This document shows positions 49,652 through 58,884 of a DNA stretch of 64,000 bases, piece by piece. Source of the DNA: a virus. Its lineage: Duplodnaviria; Caudoviricetes. The stretch's first letter is position 1, and every line of letters starts with the position of its first letter. The stretch lies in the IMG/VR virus record IMGVR_UViG_2909979649_000004, one strand, 5' to 3'. Both the position numbers and the translations under genes were made by a program. The notes beneath the pieces are model-generated. The model was not told where the DNA came from. It made no database searches and worked only from the letters and a program-made list of their open reading frames with translations.

Positions 49652-51404
49652 GCTCATTGCATTGTCTTCGCCATCAGGTCTTTTTAAAGATATTGTATTT
49701 AGGGATGGTCTGAACATAATTCTCGGAAGGTATTCAAGATCGGGAAAAGATATCAATGGAATTGGAAAAACTACAATAATTAACCTTATCGATTACTGTC
49801 TTTTAGCGGATGGTGTCAAGTCTGAGCTATTTAAAGAAAAGTATGATTTTCTGAGGCATGAACGTATTCGGCTCGACTTCATGCTTGGTGGTAAGAAATA
49901 TTCAATTGAACGAGGCTTTGAGGATAAGAAAAAGGTATTTTTCACAACAAATGGAGAGGATGCTAAGGAGTTCATTGATAGTGATCTTAGATTGATACTA
50001 GGCTCAGAAATGGGGAAGGGGCAGGCTGGTATATATGAACCAATTTGGTTTAGGACGCTGATGTCGTTTTTTGTACAGAATGACCATAATTTTTTGCAAA
50101 GAGATGCAACGAATGTTCTGAAATTTACTATTGGTAAGCGCCAACCTGAGCTTTTCACCTATATTTTTTTAATTTTAGGCATTGATAATAGTCTTATATG
50201 GGATTTTGACAATAGCAGTGTTGAATTGAAGAGATTGCGAGCAGATCAAACGCGCATTAATAAACAAATAGTAGAGCAAACAGGAAAATCAATAGAGGAC
50301 TTTAGAGGCGAGTGTGACTCTGTTGCAAGGAAAATTGATAAGCTAGAAGAGGGATTGGATAACTATCAATTCGATGATAATAGCGCCGCCCTCGAAGATA
50401 AGCTGCAAGCACTCAGTGAACAAATATCAGGTTTAAATAAAAAGTATATATATCTAGTAAGCAAGCACAGAGATATTCAAGAGAGCCTCCAGATTGATGT
50501 CGATGTAGACCCTGATGAGGTTTCTGGATTTTACTCGGAAATTCATTCTGAGTTTTCTAGCTTTATAAGAAAGAGTCTCAATGAAGTTATTGAGTTTAGG
50601 AAGGAAATAGCTACAAATAGACGAAAATTTCTTAAGGAACGCGAGGCTCAATACCAAGGGCAATTGAGCGAGATAAAGAATAAACTAATTTCACTTGAAG
50701 CAGAGCGATCTAGGATTTTTAAAATGCTAGATGAAAAATCCGCATTTGATGCACTAAAGTCTGCTTATACTAATCTAATCGAGGAGAAAGCTCACCTTTC
50801 TAGTCAGTTTTCTTATATTGAGCAATTGGATCATATAGAAGAATCAATTGCCAGCAAGAAATCATTGGTTAGCTCTACAGTTGCAAAACTTGTGGCGAAG
50901 AAGAATGAAAACATACAAACGGTAGATGAAATAAAAAGTATATTTCTAGATTTGGTAGAAGGTTCGGTAGATATTGATAGTTCAGATGTAAGTCCGTATT
51001 TCAATATTGAATTCAAATCAATTCAAAACAGTCCAATCAAGCTATCGCTAGAAGTACCTAGAGGTAGTTCTTTAGGTAAGGGGCGATTCAAAATATTAGC
51101 TTTTGATCTCACTGTATTTATCACTTCTGTTTTAAGAAAGACCGAATTCCCAAGCTTTTTAATTCATGATGGTGTTTTCCATGCGATAGCACACAAAACA
51201 CGAATTAAATTTCTTAATTACATCAACAGTAAACTCGGTGAATTGGGTGGCGCTCAATATATTATTACTGTAAACGAGGATGAAATCATATTTCCTGAAA
51301 GTGAAGGCGTTTCAATAGATTTGGACTTTAAATTGGAAGATAAAACATTAATAACTCTTGAAGACAATCCTGATCATATGTTTTTAGGCAAAGAGTTTGG
51401 ATGA
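49644..51404 (+). CDS. lmuB: SMC-like ABC ATPase (DUF2326), Lamassu LmuB
   Basis: GLNIILG, NGIGKTT Walker A, coiled coil, S.GK...KILAFDL, FLIHDG, QYIITVN. Confidence 0.8.
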   Translation: MFKLIALSSPSGLFKDIVFRDGLNIILGRYSRSGKDINGIGKTTIINLIDYCLLADGVKSELFKEKYDFLRHERIRLDFMLGGKKYSIERGFEDKKKVFFTTNGEDAKEFIDSDLRLILGSEMGKGQAGIYEPIWFRTLMSFFVQNDHNFLQRDATNVLKFTIGKRQPELFTYIFLILGIDNSLIWDFDNSSVELKRLRADQTRINKQIVEQTGKSIEDFRGECDSVARKIDKLEEGLDNYQFDDNSAALEDKLQALSEQISGLNKKYIYLVSKHRDIQESLQIDVDVDPDEVSGFYSEIHSEFSSFIRKSLNEVIEFRKEIATNRRKFLKEREAQYQGQLSEIKNKLISLEAERSRIFKMLDEKSAFDALKSAYTNLIEEKAHLSSQFSYIEQLDHIEESIASKKSLVSSTVAKLVAKKNENIQTVDEIKSIFLDLVEGSVDIDSSDVSPYFNIEFKSIQNSPIKLSLEVPRGSSLGKGRFKILAFDLTVFITSVLRKTEFPSFLIHDGVFHAIAHKTRIKFLNYINSKLGELGGAQYIITVNEDEIIFPESEGVSIDLDFKLEDKTLITLEDNPDHMFLGKEFG

Positions 51405-51580
51405 AATTGAGGCGACAACTATTCTGACATAAGGGGCTGGCATTTCTTACCTCAAAGCAATTCAATCGCATTCTTTAGTTGTTAGGTAAACCTGTTCAAG
51501 ACTTTCTCTATCAAGCAATTTGTGTGATTGGTTGCTGGTAGAGTGATTCCTATCAACACACATTATATAGAGAAGCATTC

Positions 51581-51856
51581 ATGAAAATGTACGTTGGCAA
51601 CCTGTCATATAATGTCACAGCTGAAGATTTAAAAGAAACCTTTTCCACTTATGGTGCCGTAGCAGATGTAACGCTGATTACTGACCGGGATTCTGGTCAG
51701 TCTAAAGGCTTTGGCTTTGTTGAAATGGAGAATAACTCTGAAGCGGATGCGGCGATCAAAGGACTAAATGGTAGTAACCTACAAGGTCGAGATATGAAAG
51801 TGAATCAAGCTCAGCCAAAATCTAACAGTCGTCCACAACGTAGACCAAGGTATTAA
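51581..51856 (+). CDS. RRM RNA-binding protein
   Basis: RNP2 MYVGNL, RNP1 KGFGFVEM. Confidence 0.93.
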   Translation: MKMYVGNLSYNVTAEDLKETFSTYGAVADVTLITDRDSGQSKGFGFVEMENNSEADAAIKGLNGSNLQGRDMKVNQAQPKSNSRPQRRPRY

Positions 51857-52102
51857 TAACGAATTTAGCTTCAAGCACTGAAGGTATTAAGTGGTGTAAC
51901 TTTTGCCTTTAGTGATTAACCAAATTGTCACGAAGTTTTCATACTGACGAGCAAATCTTTTCCTTTGATTTGGGTTTTGAGTGCGAAACGAGTGCGAAAA
52001 TTGTCCCCAATTACACACAAAACCTCACCCTGTAAGGTTTTCAGGTAATGTTATAAGTAATTGATTTTAAAGGGATTTTAGGAAATTTAAGGTGAGTGGA
52101 AT

Positions 52103-52128
52103 TGGTGGAGGCGGCGGGAATTGAACCC
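52103..52128 (-). repeat. att core = 3' end of tmRNA (ssrA) gene
   Basis: Minus strand GGGTTCAATTCCCGCCGCCTCCACCA; IHF site TAAGTAATTGATT and GAGTGCGAAA x2 to the left. Confidence 0.88.
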
Positions 52129-52375
52129 TGTAGCAATAAAAGCTTAAACATTTATTCTTAAAGGTTATTTATGACTAAGCTGTAACGTTGGGGTGAATAA
52201 TGGGGACGGTGATTCCTCCTACTTTACACATTTAGACCTGCCTAGAGTATTGATTTCATTTAAATTTTTAGCAGGTTCAAACTATTCTAATCAGTGTAAA
52301 AGATGAATCAACATCTGACCAATTTGGTGAGATAAAAAGTGCTTCCTCACCAAATTAAATTTAAAGCTCTAAGTA

Positions 52376-52651
52376 CTAATACCTAGGTCTACGCTGTGGG
52401 CGGCTGTTAGATTTTGGTTGAGCCTGATTCACTTTCATATCCCGGCCTTGCAAGTTACTACCATTCAGGCCTTTGATTGCGGCGTCCGCTTCCGAGTTAT
52501 TCTCCATTTCCACAAAGCCAAAGCCTTTAGACTGGCCAGAATCCCGGTCAGTAATCAGCGTTACATCTGCTACGGTACCATAAACTGAAAAGGTTTCTTT
52601 TAAATCTTCGGCTGTGACATTGTATGACAGGTTGCCAACGTACATTTTCAT
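52376..52651 (-). CDS. RRM RNA-binding protein
   Basis: 89/91 aa identical to 51581..51856. Confidence 0.93.
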   Translation of the reverse strand: MKMYVGNLSYNVTAEDLKETFSVYGTVADVTLITDRDSGQSKGFGFVEMENNSEADAAIKGLNGSNLQGRDMKVNQAQPKSNSRPQRRPRY

Positions 52652-53057
52652 GAATGCTTCTCTATATAATGTGTGTTGATAGGAATCACTCTACCAGCAG
52701 CCAACCACACAAACTGCTTGATAGAGAACAAGGATTGACAGGTTCATGGAAACAGCAAAGATTTACAGTTCTGAAATTTCAGGAAAGAGAAAGTAGCGGA
52801 TAGGTTCGCTAAGCTTCTATCAAGCCAGGACTTACTAATGAACTTAGTCAAAGCCCGATGCTATCATGGTTTTATAGCAATATCTCTTGAAATCTGTGTT
52901 GGTAGATAAAATATGCCTGATAAAGCTGTATAGAAATAAACGACGACCAACTTTTGCGTTACGTGTTGATTAAAATTTAAACAGTTGTTAGTATCTTGCT
53001 CCAGCTTACTAAGCACGATAGTTCTTTAATCTGGCTAGTTATAACCTGGAGTTCTTT

Positions 53058-53552
53058 ATGAGTGTTGACCAAAGCCCGTATGCAGTTCCTAATGCTAATC
53101 TAGTAGCTGATTCCTCGAAAGATAATGGTATTTCTCAGTTACCCCGTTTTAGTGCATGGGGAGTATTTTTTTTAACACTAATTACACTTGGAATTTATTA
53201 CTATATCTGGATGTATAAAAGGACAAAGGTAATCAATACTGTTTGTAATAAAAAAATTCCAACTGGGTTAACAAATACAGCTATTTCGCTATATATAATA
53301 AATTTTCTGATGAATATTTATATAGGTGCTGTCGGAGAAGGAGTTGACAGCTCGGTAATCATGGTAGAAAACATAATTAGTATAGTCGCAGTAATTCTTT
53401 CAATTATTTGGCTGTATACAATTAGAAATAGATTGCATGTTATTGAGAATGTATCTAAAGACAGCAAGTTTTGGATAGGCGGTATATTAACCTTTTTCTT
53501 CTCCACTATTTATCTACAGTACAAGATTAACCAAATGATTGATGAAAAATAG
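53058..53552 (+). CDS. DUF4234-like membrane protein
   Basis: SPY..P, LTLITLGIY...W.YK, YLQYKIN. Confidence 0.75.
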   Translation: MSVDQSPYAVPNANLVADSSKDNGISQLPRFSAWGVFFLTLITLGIYYYIWMYKRTKVINTVCNKKIPTGLTNTAISLYIINFLMNIYIGAVGEGVDSSVIMVENIISIVAVILSIIWLYTIRNRLHVIENVSKDSKFWIGGILTFFFSTIYLQYKINQMIDEK

Positions 53553-53570
53553 TCTTAAAAATAGCTTCTT

Positions 53571-53596
53571 AACCCAGCTAATTTTAGCTGGGTTTT
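53571..53596. terminator. Intrinsic terminator
   Basis: AACCCAGCTAA-TT-TTAGCTGGGTT hairpin followed by T run. Confidence 0.75.
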
Positions 53597-53674
53597 ATCT
53601 TTTGGTATTAGACAAGTTAATAAACGAGCAACTAAAATAATTTTGCCGAAACATCTGCGAACCCTTGTTTTAAC

Positions 53675-53812
53675 CTTTCCCCGCTTTGCTCAATAAACGC
53701 ACCATAATGTCTGTTAAGCATCTCGATTCCTTTATGGCCTAATTGACCTGCAAGCCAGAATAGGTTTTCATTTTGAGCAATCATCAGACAGGCAAAGCTG
53801 TGTCTAGCTTGG
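53675..53812 (-). pseudogene. Duplicated 3' fragment of element-3 integrase
   Basis: QARHSFACLMIAQNENLFWLAGQLGHKGIEMLNRHYGAFIEQSGER, matches about 55497-55633. Confidence 0.88.
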
Positions 53813-53978
53813 AAAAAAATTCGTTTAGATTTTATATCTAGAATACCCAGTCAACTATATACTATAACAGTACGCTTTTATATAAAAAAGAGTTATATTT
53901 TAATATCTTTATAAGACATTATACATATGTCAGTATTGTAATCTTATCATGGATTGATTAGATAAAAGGGAATTTTAT

Positions 53979-55037
53979 ATGTTAAATTGGCAATATCTAA
54001 AATTCAAAGATATTAATTTAGAGGATAGTTTTTTTGATTCTTTGAAAGAAGATTACAGCGAGTTTTCTGACTGGTTTGAGCGAAAATGTGAAAATAACGC
54101 TTATGTTTTTAAAAACGATAATAATGAAATTGATGGGTTTCTTTATCATAAAATAGAGGAGGAGGCTGTTACAGATATAAGCCCTCCTTTGCCCCCTAAA
54201 AAAAGACTTAAAATCGGCACCTTTAAAGTTAATGCTCATGGTACGAGACTAGGCGAACGCTTTATAAAAAAATCGTTAGACTTTGCTCTGCTCGAAGGGG
54301 TTAGTGAAGTTTATGTAACTATTTTCCCTAAACACGAAGCTTTAATTGATTCTTTTAAGAGATATGGTTTTCGAGAGGTTGCTGATAAAACGACTACTAA
54401 TGGCGTCGAACTGGTTTTATTGAAACAAATGGGAGTGTATATAGGTGAAGTAAAGTCTGATTATCCTTATATAGATAACACTGGCAGGAAGTTTATTTTA
54501 TCTTTGTACCCTGAATGGCATAGTAGGTTATTACCTGATTCAATATTAAACACTGAAAGTAAAGATGCAGTTGTAAAAGATATATCACATACAAACAGTA
54601 TTCATAAAGTTTACTTGACTGCTATGTCGGGTGTTGAAAGTTTGTGTAAAGGCGATATATTAGTAATTTATAGAACTTCTGATAAAAAAGGTCCTGCACA
54701 CTATAGATCGGTTGCAACATCTATCTGTGTAGTTGAAGAAACTAAGGATATTAGTTGCTTTTCAACTTTAGATGAGTTTATTGGTTATACAGCGTCATAT
54801 AGTATATTTAAAAAGAGAGAGTTAGAAGCGTTCTATTCAGAAAAGAAATACCCTACTATTATCAAGTTTTGCTATAATGTTGCATTAAGTAAAAGAGTTA
54901 CTCGAGGTGAGATGATAGATGATTTGGGTATGAGTGCTAACCAATACTGGGGTTTCTTCGAGTTAACAGAAAGTCAGTTTGAAGGTATTATTAAAAAAGG
55001 CAAAGTAAATGAAAGTCTTATTATCAATAAAGCCTGA
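53979..55037 (+). CDS. GNAT acetyltransferase-domain protein with PUA/ASCH-like C-terminus
   Basis: LKIGTFKV..HGTRLGE.F, F..YGF; NSIHKVY, GDILVIYR. Confidence 0.72.
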   Translation: MLNWQYLKFKDINLEDSFFDSLKEDYSEFSDWFERKCENNAYVFKNDNNEIDGFLYHKIEEEAVTDISPPLPPKKRLKIGTFKVNAHGTRLGERFIKKSLDFALLEGVSEVYVTIFPKHEALIDSFKRYGFREVADKTTTNGVELVLLKQMGVYIGEVKSDYPYIDNTGRKFILSLYPEWHSRLLPDSILNTESKDAVVKDISHTNSIHKVYLTAMSGVESLCKGDILVIYRTSDKKGPAHYRSVATSICVVEETKDISCFSTLDEFIGYTASYSIFKKRELEAFYSEKKYPTIIKFCYNVALSKRVTRGEMIDDLGMSANQYWGFFELTESQFEGIIKKGKVNESLIINKA

Positions 55038-55383
55038 ATATGCAGAAAAAATACTTTCTGGAATTAAAAAGTATGAATTTAGAAAGTCTATATTTAAAGA
55101 CCAAAGGGTTACAACAGTAGTTATATATGCAACAAAACCAGTTGGGAAAATTATTGGCGAGTTTGAAATAGATGATATATTACAAGATAAACCGACTTTA
55201 ATATGGAGGAAAACTAAGAGGTATTCAGGTATAAGTAAGGAGTTTTTTGAGAAGTATTTTAATGGAAGAAATAAGGCTTTTGCTATAAAAGTTAAAAATC
55301 CATCAGCTTATAATGTACCTTATGAACTAACGAAGCTGATTCCGCACGGTGTTCCACCGCAATCATTTTGCTATCTTCGCTAA
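55009..55383 (+). CDS. ASCH/PUA-domain protein
   Basis: LLSIKPEYAEKILSG.KKYEFRK, IYAT.PV..IIGEF, PPQSF.Y. Confidence 0.85.
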   Translation: MKVLLSIKPEYAEKILSGIKKYEFRKSIFKDQRVTTVVIYATKPVGKIIGEFEIDDILQDKPTLIWRKTKRYSGISKEFFEKYFNGRNKAFAIKVKNPSAYNVPYELTKLIPHGVPPQSFCYLR

Positions 55384-55447
55384 AAATTTTATTTGTATCA
55401 TGCTATTACTAATAGTATCTGCATGATACATGCTCTAAAAAGTCCAC

Positions 55448-56701
55448 TTAGAAAATTTTTTTTGCAACATTAGAATAGTTTTGTTTTGGTTGATATCTTT
55501 CCCCGCTTTGCTCAATAAATGCACCATAATGTCTGTTAAGCATCTCGATTCCTTTATGGCCTAATTGACCTGCAAGCCAGAACAGGTTTTCATTTTGAGC
55601 AATCATAAGACAAGCGAAGCTATGCCTTGTTTGGTATGGGTTTCTATATCGTATCCCTGACCTCTTGATTGCTGGCATCCAGCCAGTCATTCTTAGCTGT
55701 TTATCGTTTGTCCATGGCTTATTTTGGGTAGGGTGGTGGAATACATAGGCATCTTGGTTAAGCGTATAGTTAGCTTGATCTTCCAAGGCTTTGACCACAG
55801 GCTCTAACATGATCACCTTGCGGATACCTTTCTTGCCAGTTTTGGTGCCTTTCATAACACCATCAACTTTAGCCTGGTCTACCAAGATATAGCCTTCTCT
55901 GAAGTTTATCTTTTCCCAAGTAAGCCCAATCAATTCGCTCGTGCGCATGCCAGTAAAAAAGGCTGTTGTAAAAATGTTTCGAACCTGGCCATCCATATGA
56001 GATAAGATTTGTTCAATTTCCTGTATATTGAAAGGGTCGCATTCATACTCACTTTCTTTGGCTTCCTTGACAATCTCCTGGTCAATATCAATGTCATCAA
56101 GAGGGCTGCGCAGTATGACTTTATCTGCTACAGCTTGCTTTAGTATCTGCTTAAGGGGGATTAGGTTGTTAACAATAGTTTTGCGCTTACACGACAAGCT
56201 TTTGTTATACATCCACTCCCGTATGTGTTTTGGCTTTAGCTCCTGAACGGGAGTATCACGGAAGTAGGGCATCAGTTGACCCGTAATAGCTTTTTTGTAA
56301 TTTCTGGCTGTACTTCTTTCCTTAAGCTTGTCAACTTTTTGCAAGTACTCTTCCAGCAAGTCTCCTACAGTAACACTGTCATGGTATGTTTCACCGAACA
56401 GGGTGCATCGCTTTGATTCAGGAAAGTGGTTGGAGTACTTAAATGTTCGACGCTGAATTTCGTATATGATTGACCCACGTTTACTGTCGGCATAAACAAT
56501 GTCTTTCTTGATATCATTGGTAAAGTGCTTCTTGTGGGTAGGTGTTTCTAACTTAGGTATTTTTCTGCATGTAATCGTTTCGCGGCATTTGACTCCTTTG
56601 TAAGAAAAGTAAATTCTGCAGCTCACGGTAGACTTAAGTACTCGAAGCTCCAGGCCAGCAGGAACTTCGATATTTTTAATGATTTCGTCAATTTCACTCA
56701 T
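55448..56701 (-). CDS. int: Tyrosine integrase
   Basis: TGMRTSEL, YQTRHS, LGH, HY. Confidence 0.92.
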   Translation of the reverse strand: MSEIDEIIKNIEVPAGLELRVLKSTVSCRIYFSYKGVKCRETITCRKIPKLETPTHKKHFTNDIKKDIVYADSKRGSIIYEIQRRTFKYSNHFPESKRCTLFGETYHDSVTVGDLLEEYLQKVDKLKERSTARNYKKAITGQLMPYFRDTPVQELKPKHIREWMYNKSLSCKRKTIVNNLIPLKQILKQAVADKVILRSPLDDIDIDQEIVKEAKESEYECDPFNIQEIEQILSHMDGQVRNIFTTAFFTGMRTSELIGLTWEKINFREGYILVDQAKVDGVMKGTKTGKKGIRKVIMLEPVVKALEDQANYTLNQDAYVFHHPTQNKPWTNDKQLRMTGWMPAIKRSGIRYRNPYQTRHSFACLMIAQNENLFWLAGQLGHKGIEMLNRHYGAFIEQSGERYQPKQNYSNVAKKIF

Positions 56702-56707
56702 GGTGGT

Positions 56708-57094
56708 TTATCTATATGTATAAGTACTTTTTGCAGCAAAGTTATTCACTTCTTTGAGGTTAACCCAGATAACACCATCTGCTGCTTTCCGATATTCACA
56801 ACCTTCTTTCCATATGCCCCTACTTTTTTTATGGTAGAAGGCATTTGCAGTATCACCTGATAATTCATAATATTTTTTTAGTTTAACCCACTGTAACATG
56901 TCTTGATCTAGCCCCTGTATTTCGTGGTCAGTATGTTCGTAAAGGTAAGCGAAATTTACCCAAAAATTACCATCTGCTGCTTTTCGATATTCTCGCCCTT
57001 CCAACCATTCTCCTTTGTTTCTTCGTTGGTTAAACTCAATAACGCTTACATTGAATAATTGCCGATATTTAGTAGCCCTTATCCACTTAAGCAC
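56708..57094 (-). CDS. Excisionase-like protein with two tandem domains
   Basis: KW...W.EG.EYRKAADG..WVN occurs twice. Confidence 0.72.
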   Translation of the reverse strand: MLKWIRATKYRQLFNVSVIEFNQRRNKGEWLEGREYRKAADGNFWVNFAYLYEHTDHEIQGLDQDMLQWVKLKKYYELSGDTANAFYHKKSRGIWKEGCEYRKAADGVIWVNLKEVNNFAAKSTYTYR

Positions 57095-57104
57095 GATATT
57101 CTCC

Positions 57105-57440
57105 TTAACTCATTACTCCAATAAATGGCTGATTGGTTTTAGTGTTTCGACAAAAGCCTGTTTCAATTTCATCACGTTCGACTTTTATGTGTTTAGGTGC
57201 ACTAACACTTAGCTTTGCCTGCCCTATTGACTTAGATAAACTCTCCCTATTGCTAGGGTAGGGGTAAACAGTTATCTCGTGATTCAACTTAAGGGGGTGG
57301 CCAAACTCAATGTCTTTAATACTTATATGACCTCGATGCAAGGTAGTGAGCGTTACTCCGCCCACTCTTCTCGCTCGCATTACCAGCCGGTAATCCCCAA
57401 CCTTCAGGGATTCACCGATACGACGTGTTACAGTCAACAT
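57105..57440 (-). CDS. CsrA-like protein, internally duplicated
   Basis: MLTVTRRIGESLKVG...SAPKHIKVERDEI. Confidence 0.7.
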   Translation of the reverse strand: MLTVTRRIGESLKVGDYRLVMRARRVGGVTLTTLHRGHISIKDIEFGHPLKLNHEITVYPYPSNRESLSKSIGQAKLSVSAPKHIKVERDEIETGFCRNTKTNQPFIGVMS

Positions 57441-57442
57441 AA

Positions 57443-57844
57443 TTAAACAGCTCCTAAATAGTGCGTGTACATTACCCCTCGGAAATTTTTAGGGGGTGAG
57501 ATTCCAGCTTTTCTGCAATCACTTTTTATACTTCTTATCTGGTCGTGAGTAAGCCAAATAAAGTGTGGCTTACGACCTTTATTCGCCTCAAAAACTTGAA
57601 TGTATTGGTAAATTTTATTAACTAGCTTTTGGTTATCTTTACTCAATTTTTCAGCATCAAAGTCATTATTTTTTAATTTATTTGAGGCAACCATTTTAGC
57701 TATTGCCTGGTTAGCGATACCTGCAGACTGATCAAGAATAAACTCAGTGACGCCTATTTCATTACTATTAGCATCAATACGACGATAATTAAACACCCTG
57801 GTGCGTGGTTTCCATGGTTGTAAGTCCAGTTCGTTATTGATCAT
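57443..57844 (-). CDS. Phage hypothetical protein
   Basis: C-terminal half resembles the MEIN family (KP..I.LT..Q, PP). Confidence 0.68.
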   Translation of the reverse strand: MINNELDLQPWKPRTRVFNYRRIDANSNEIGVTEFILDQSAGIANQAIAKMVASNKLKNNDFDAEKLSKDNQKLVNKIYQYIQVFEANKGRKPHFIWLTHDQIRSIKSDCRKAGISPPKNFRGVMYTHYLGAV

Positions 57845-57861
57845 GGTTATCGGCGTCTTCC

Positions 57862-58077
57862 TTAGTTTAAGGGTATAAGCCGCACGCCATTAATGGTATA
57901 CGGCGGCTTGCAATTGTATTTAATTAAGTTCGTTTTAAAGGCTTCCAACTGCTCTTTAGTAATATGTAATTGTCTTGGTTTTCTATTTTTAGCGAGGGTG
58001 TAATACTCAATATATTGTTTGGCTTTCTCGTATATCTTTAAATTCTTTTTAGTTAACTCCATTCGATTGATTTCCAT
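57862..58077 (-). CDS. Phage hypothetical protein
   Basis: Near-identical to 18014..18232. Confidence 0.75.
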   Translation of the reverse strand: MEINRMELTKKNLKIYEKAKQYIEYYTLAKNRKPRQLHITKEQLEAFKTNLIKYNCKPPYTINGVRLIPLN

Positions 58078-58106
58078 GTCAATTTCTCCATAATAGATAG
58101 TATTAG

Positions 58107-58601
58107 CTACTTAATGAGGTCAACTGGCATAAATATTTCGTCAATTCTTGGTTTTTCTAAAAAGCTTTCTTTGATAGTAAATCGATAGCCTTCCCCTAAT
58201 GTTCTAAATAAGCCATAAGACTTCCAGTCACACGCTTTACCTTCTTTTGACTTCACACCAGAATTACACTCATAAGGATTAGTTGAAATACCATTGCATG
58301 CAGGGCACTTGAAAGCGACTGTTTTTATTGCAGCTTTCAAGTCTTCTAGTGTTTCATATACATCAACACCTTCTAGACTGGGAAAGTTTGACTCTTGATA
58401 ATAGTTAATGGCTGAATAATTTCTGGTTTTTTCGATAGCAGAGATAATTTCGTACTCGGAGTAGCCAAGTTTTTCTGAGTATTCGGTAAGCATTTTATTC
58501 AAAAAGGACTCAAGTTTAACTGCTCTGTCTTCACCGACTTTTCCTTCCCAACTACCTCTAGCCTTCTCTTTAAGTTCATTGATGATGGTTTGGGTATTCA
58601 T
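58107..58601 (-). CDS. Phage hypothetical protein with Cys cluster
   Basis: CPAC...C...CDWKSYGLF; AAAGGAG RBS. Confidence 0.75.
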   Translation of the reverse strand: MNTQTIINELKEKARGSWEGKVGEDRAVKLESFLNKMLTEYSEKLGYSEYEIISAIEKTRNYSAINYYQESNFPSLEGVDVYETLEDLKAAIKTVAFKCPACNGISTNPYECNSGVKSKEGKACDWKSYGLFRTLGEGYRFTIKESFLEKPRIDEIFMPVDLIK

Positions 58602-58607
58602 TAATTA

Positions 58608-58651
58608 TCTCCTTTCTTCAGGCAATAAGGTGCCGTGGCTCAAAATTGAGC
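58608..58651 (-). promoter_or_regulatory. Conserved leader / predicted sRNA target
   Basis: GCTCAATTTTGAGC CACGGCACCTTATTGCC TGAAGAAAGGAGA. Confidence 0.6.
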
Positions 58652-58677
58652 GTTTAAAAAACTATTGCTTAATTAAT

Positions 58678-58884
58678 TTAAAAACTTGCTGGTTCTACAA
58701 ATAACTTATGCCGGGTTTTATCAAGCACATATCGCATACGACAACGCAGACGGTTATGAGTGGCCAAATCAGCTTGATATTTTTCGGTTATTTTATCCCA
58801 TAGTAAGTCGGCTTCTGTTTTTCTCCTCCTTAGCTGTTGATTATTAATTATTTCGTTTTGAGGTAATCGAGTAGCCATAGTCAT
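58678..58884 (-). CDS. Phage hypothetical protein
   Basis: Homolog of 2648..2857. Confidence 0.7.
   Translation of the reverse strand: MTMATRLPQNEIINNQQLRRRKTEADLLWDKITEKYQADLATHNRLRCRMRYVLDKTRHKLFVEPASF

Larger units (their letters stand above)
15288..52125. mobile_element. Prophage element 2, apparently complete (about 36.8 kb), lambdoid early region + HP1/K139-like morphogenesis genes
   Basis: 23 bp direct repeats, matching GTGCGAA arm sites at both ends, int through tail genes intact. Confidence 0.9.

Noticed and set aside
53038-53596. DUF4234 gene as another integron cassette (GTTATAA before the ORF)
   Set aside because: No attI block upstream and no matching inverse core or attC; it ends in an ordinary terminator
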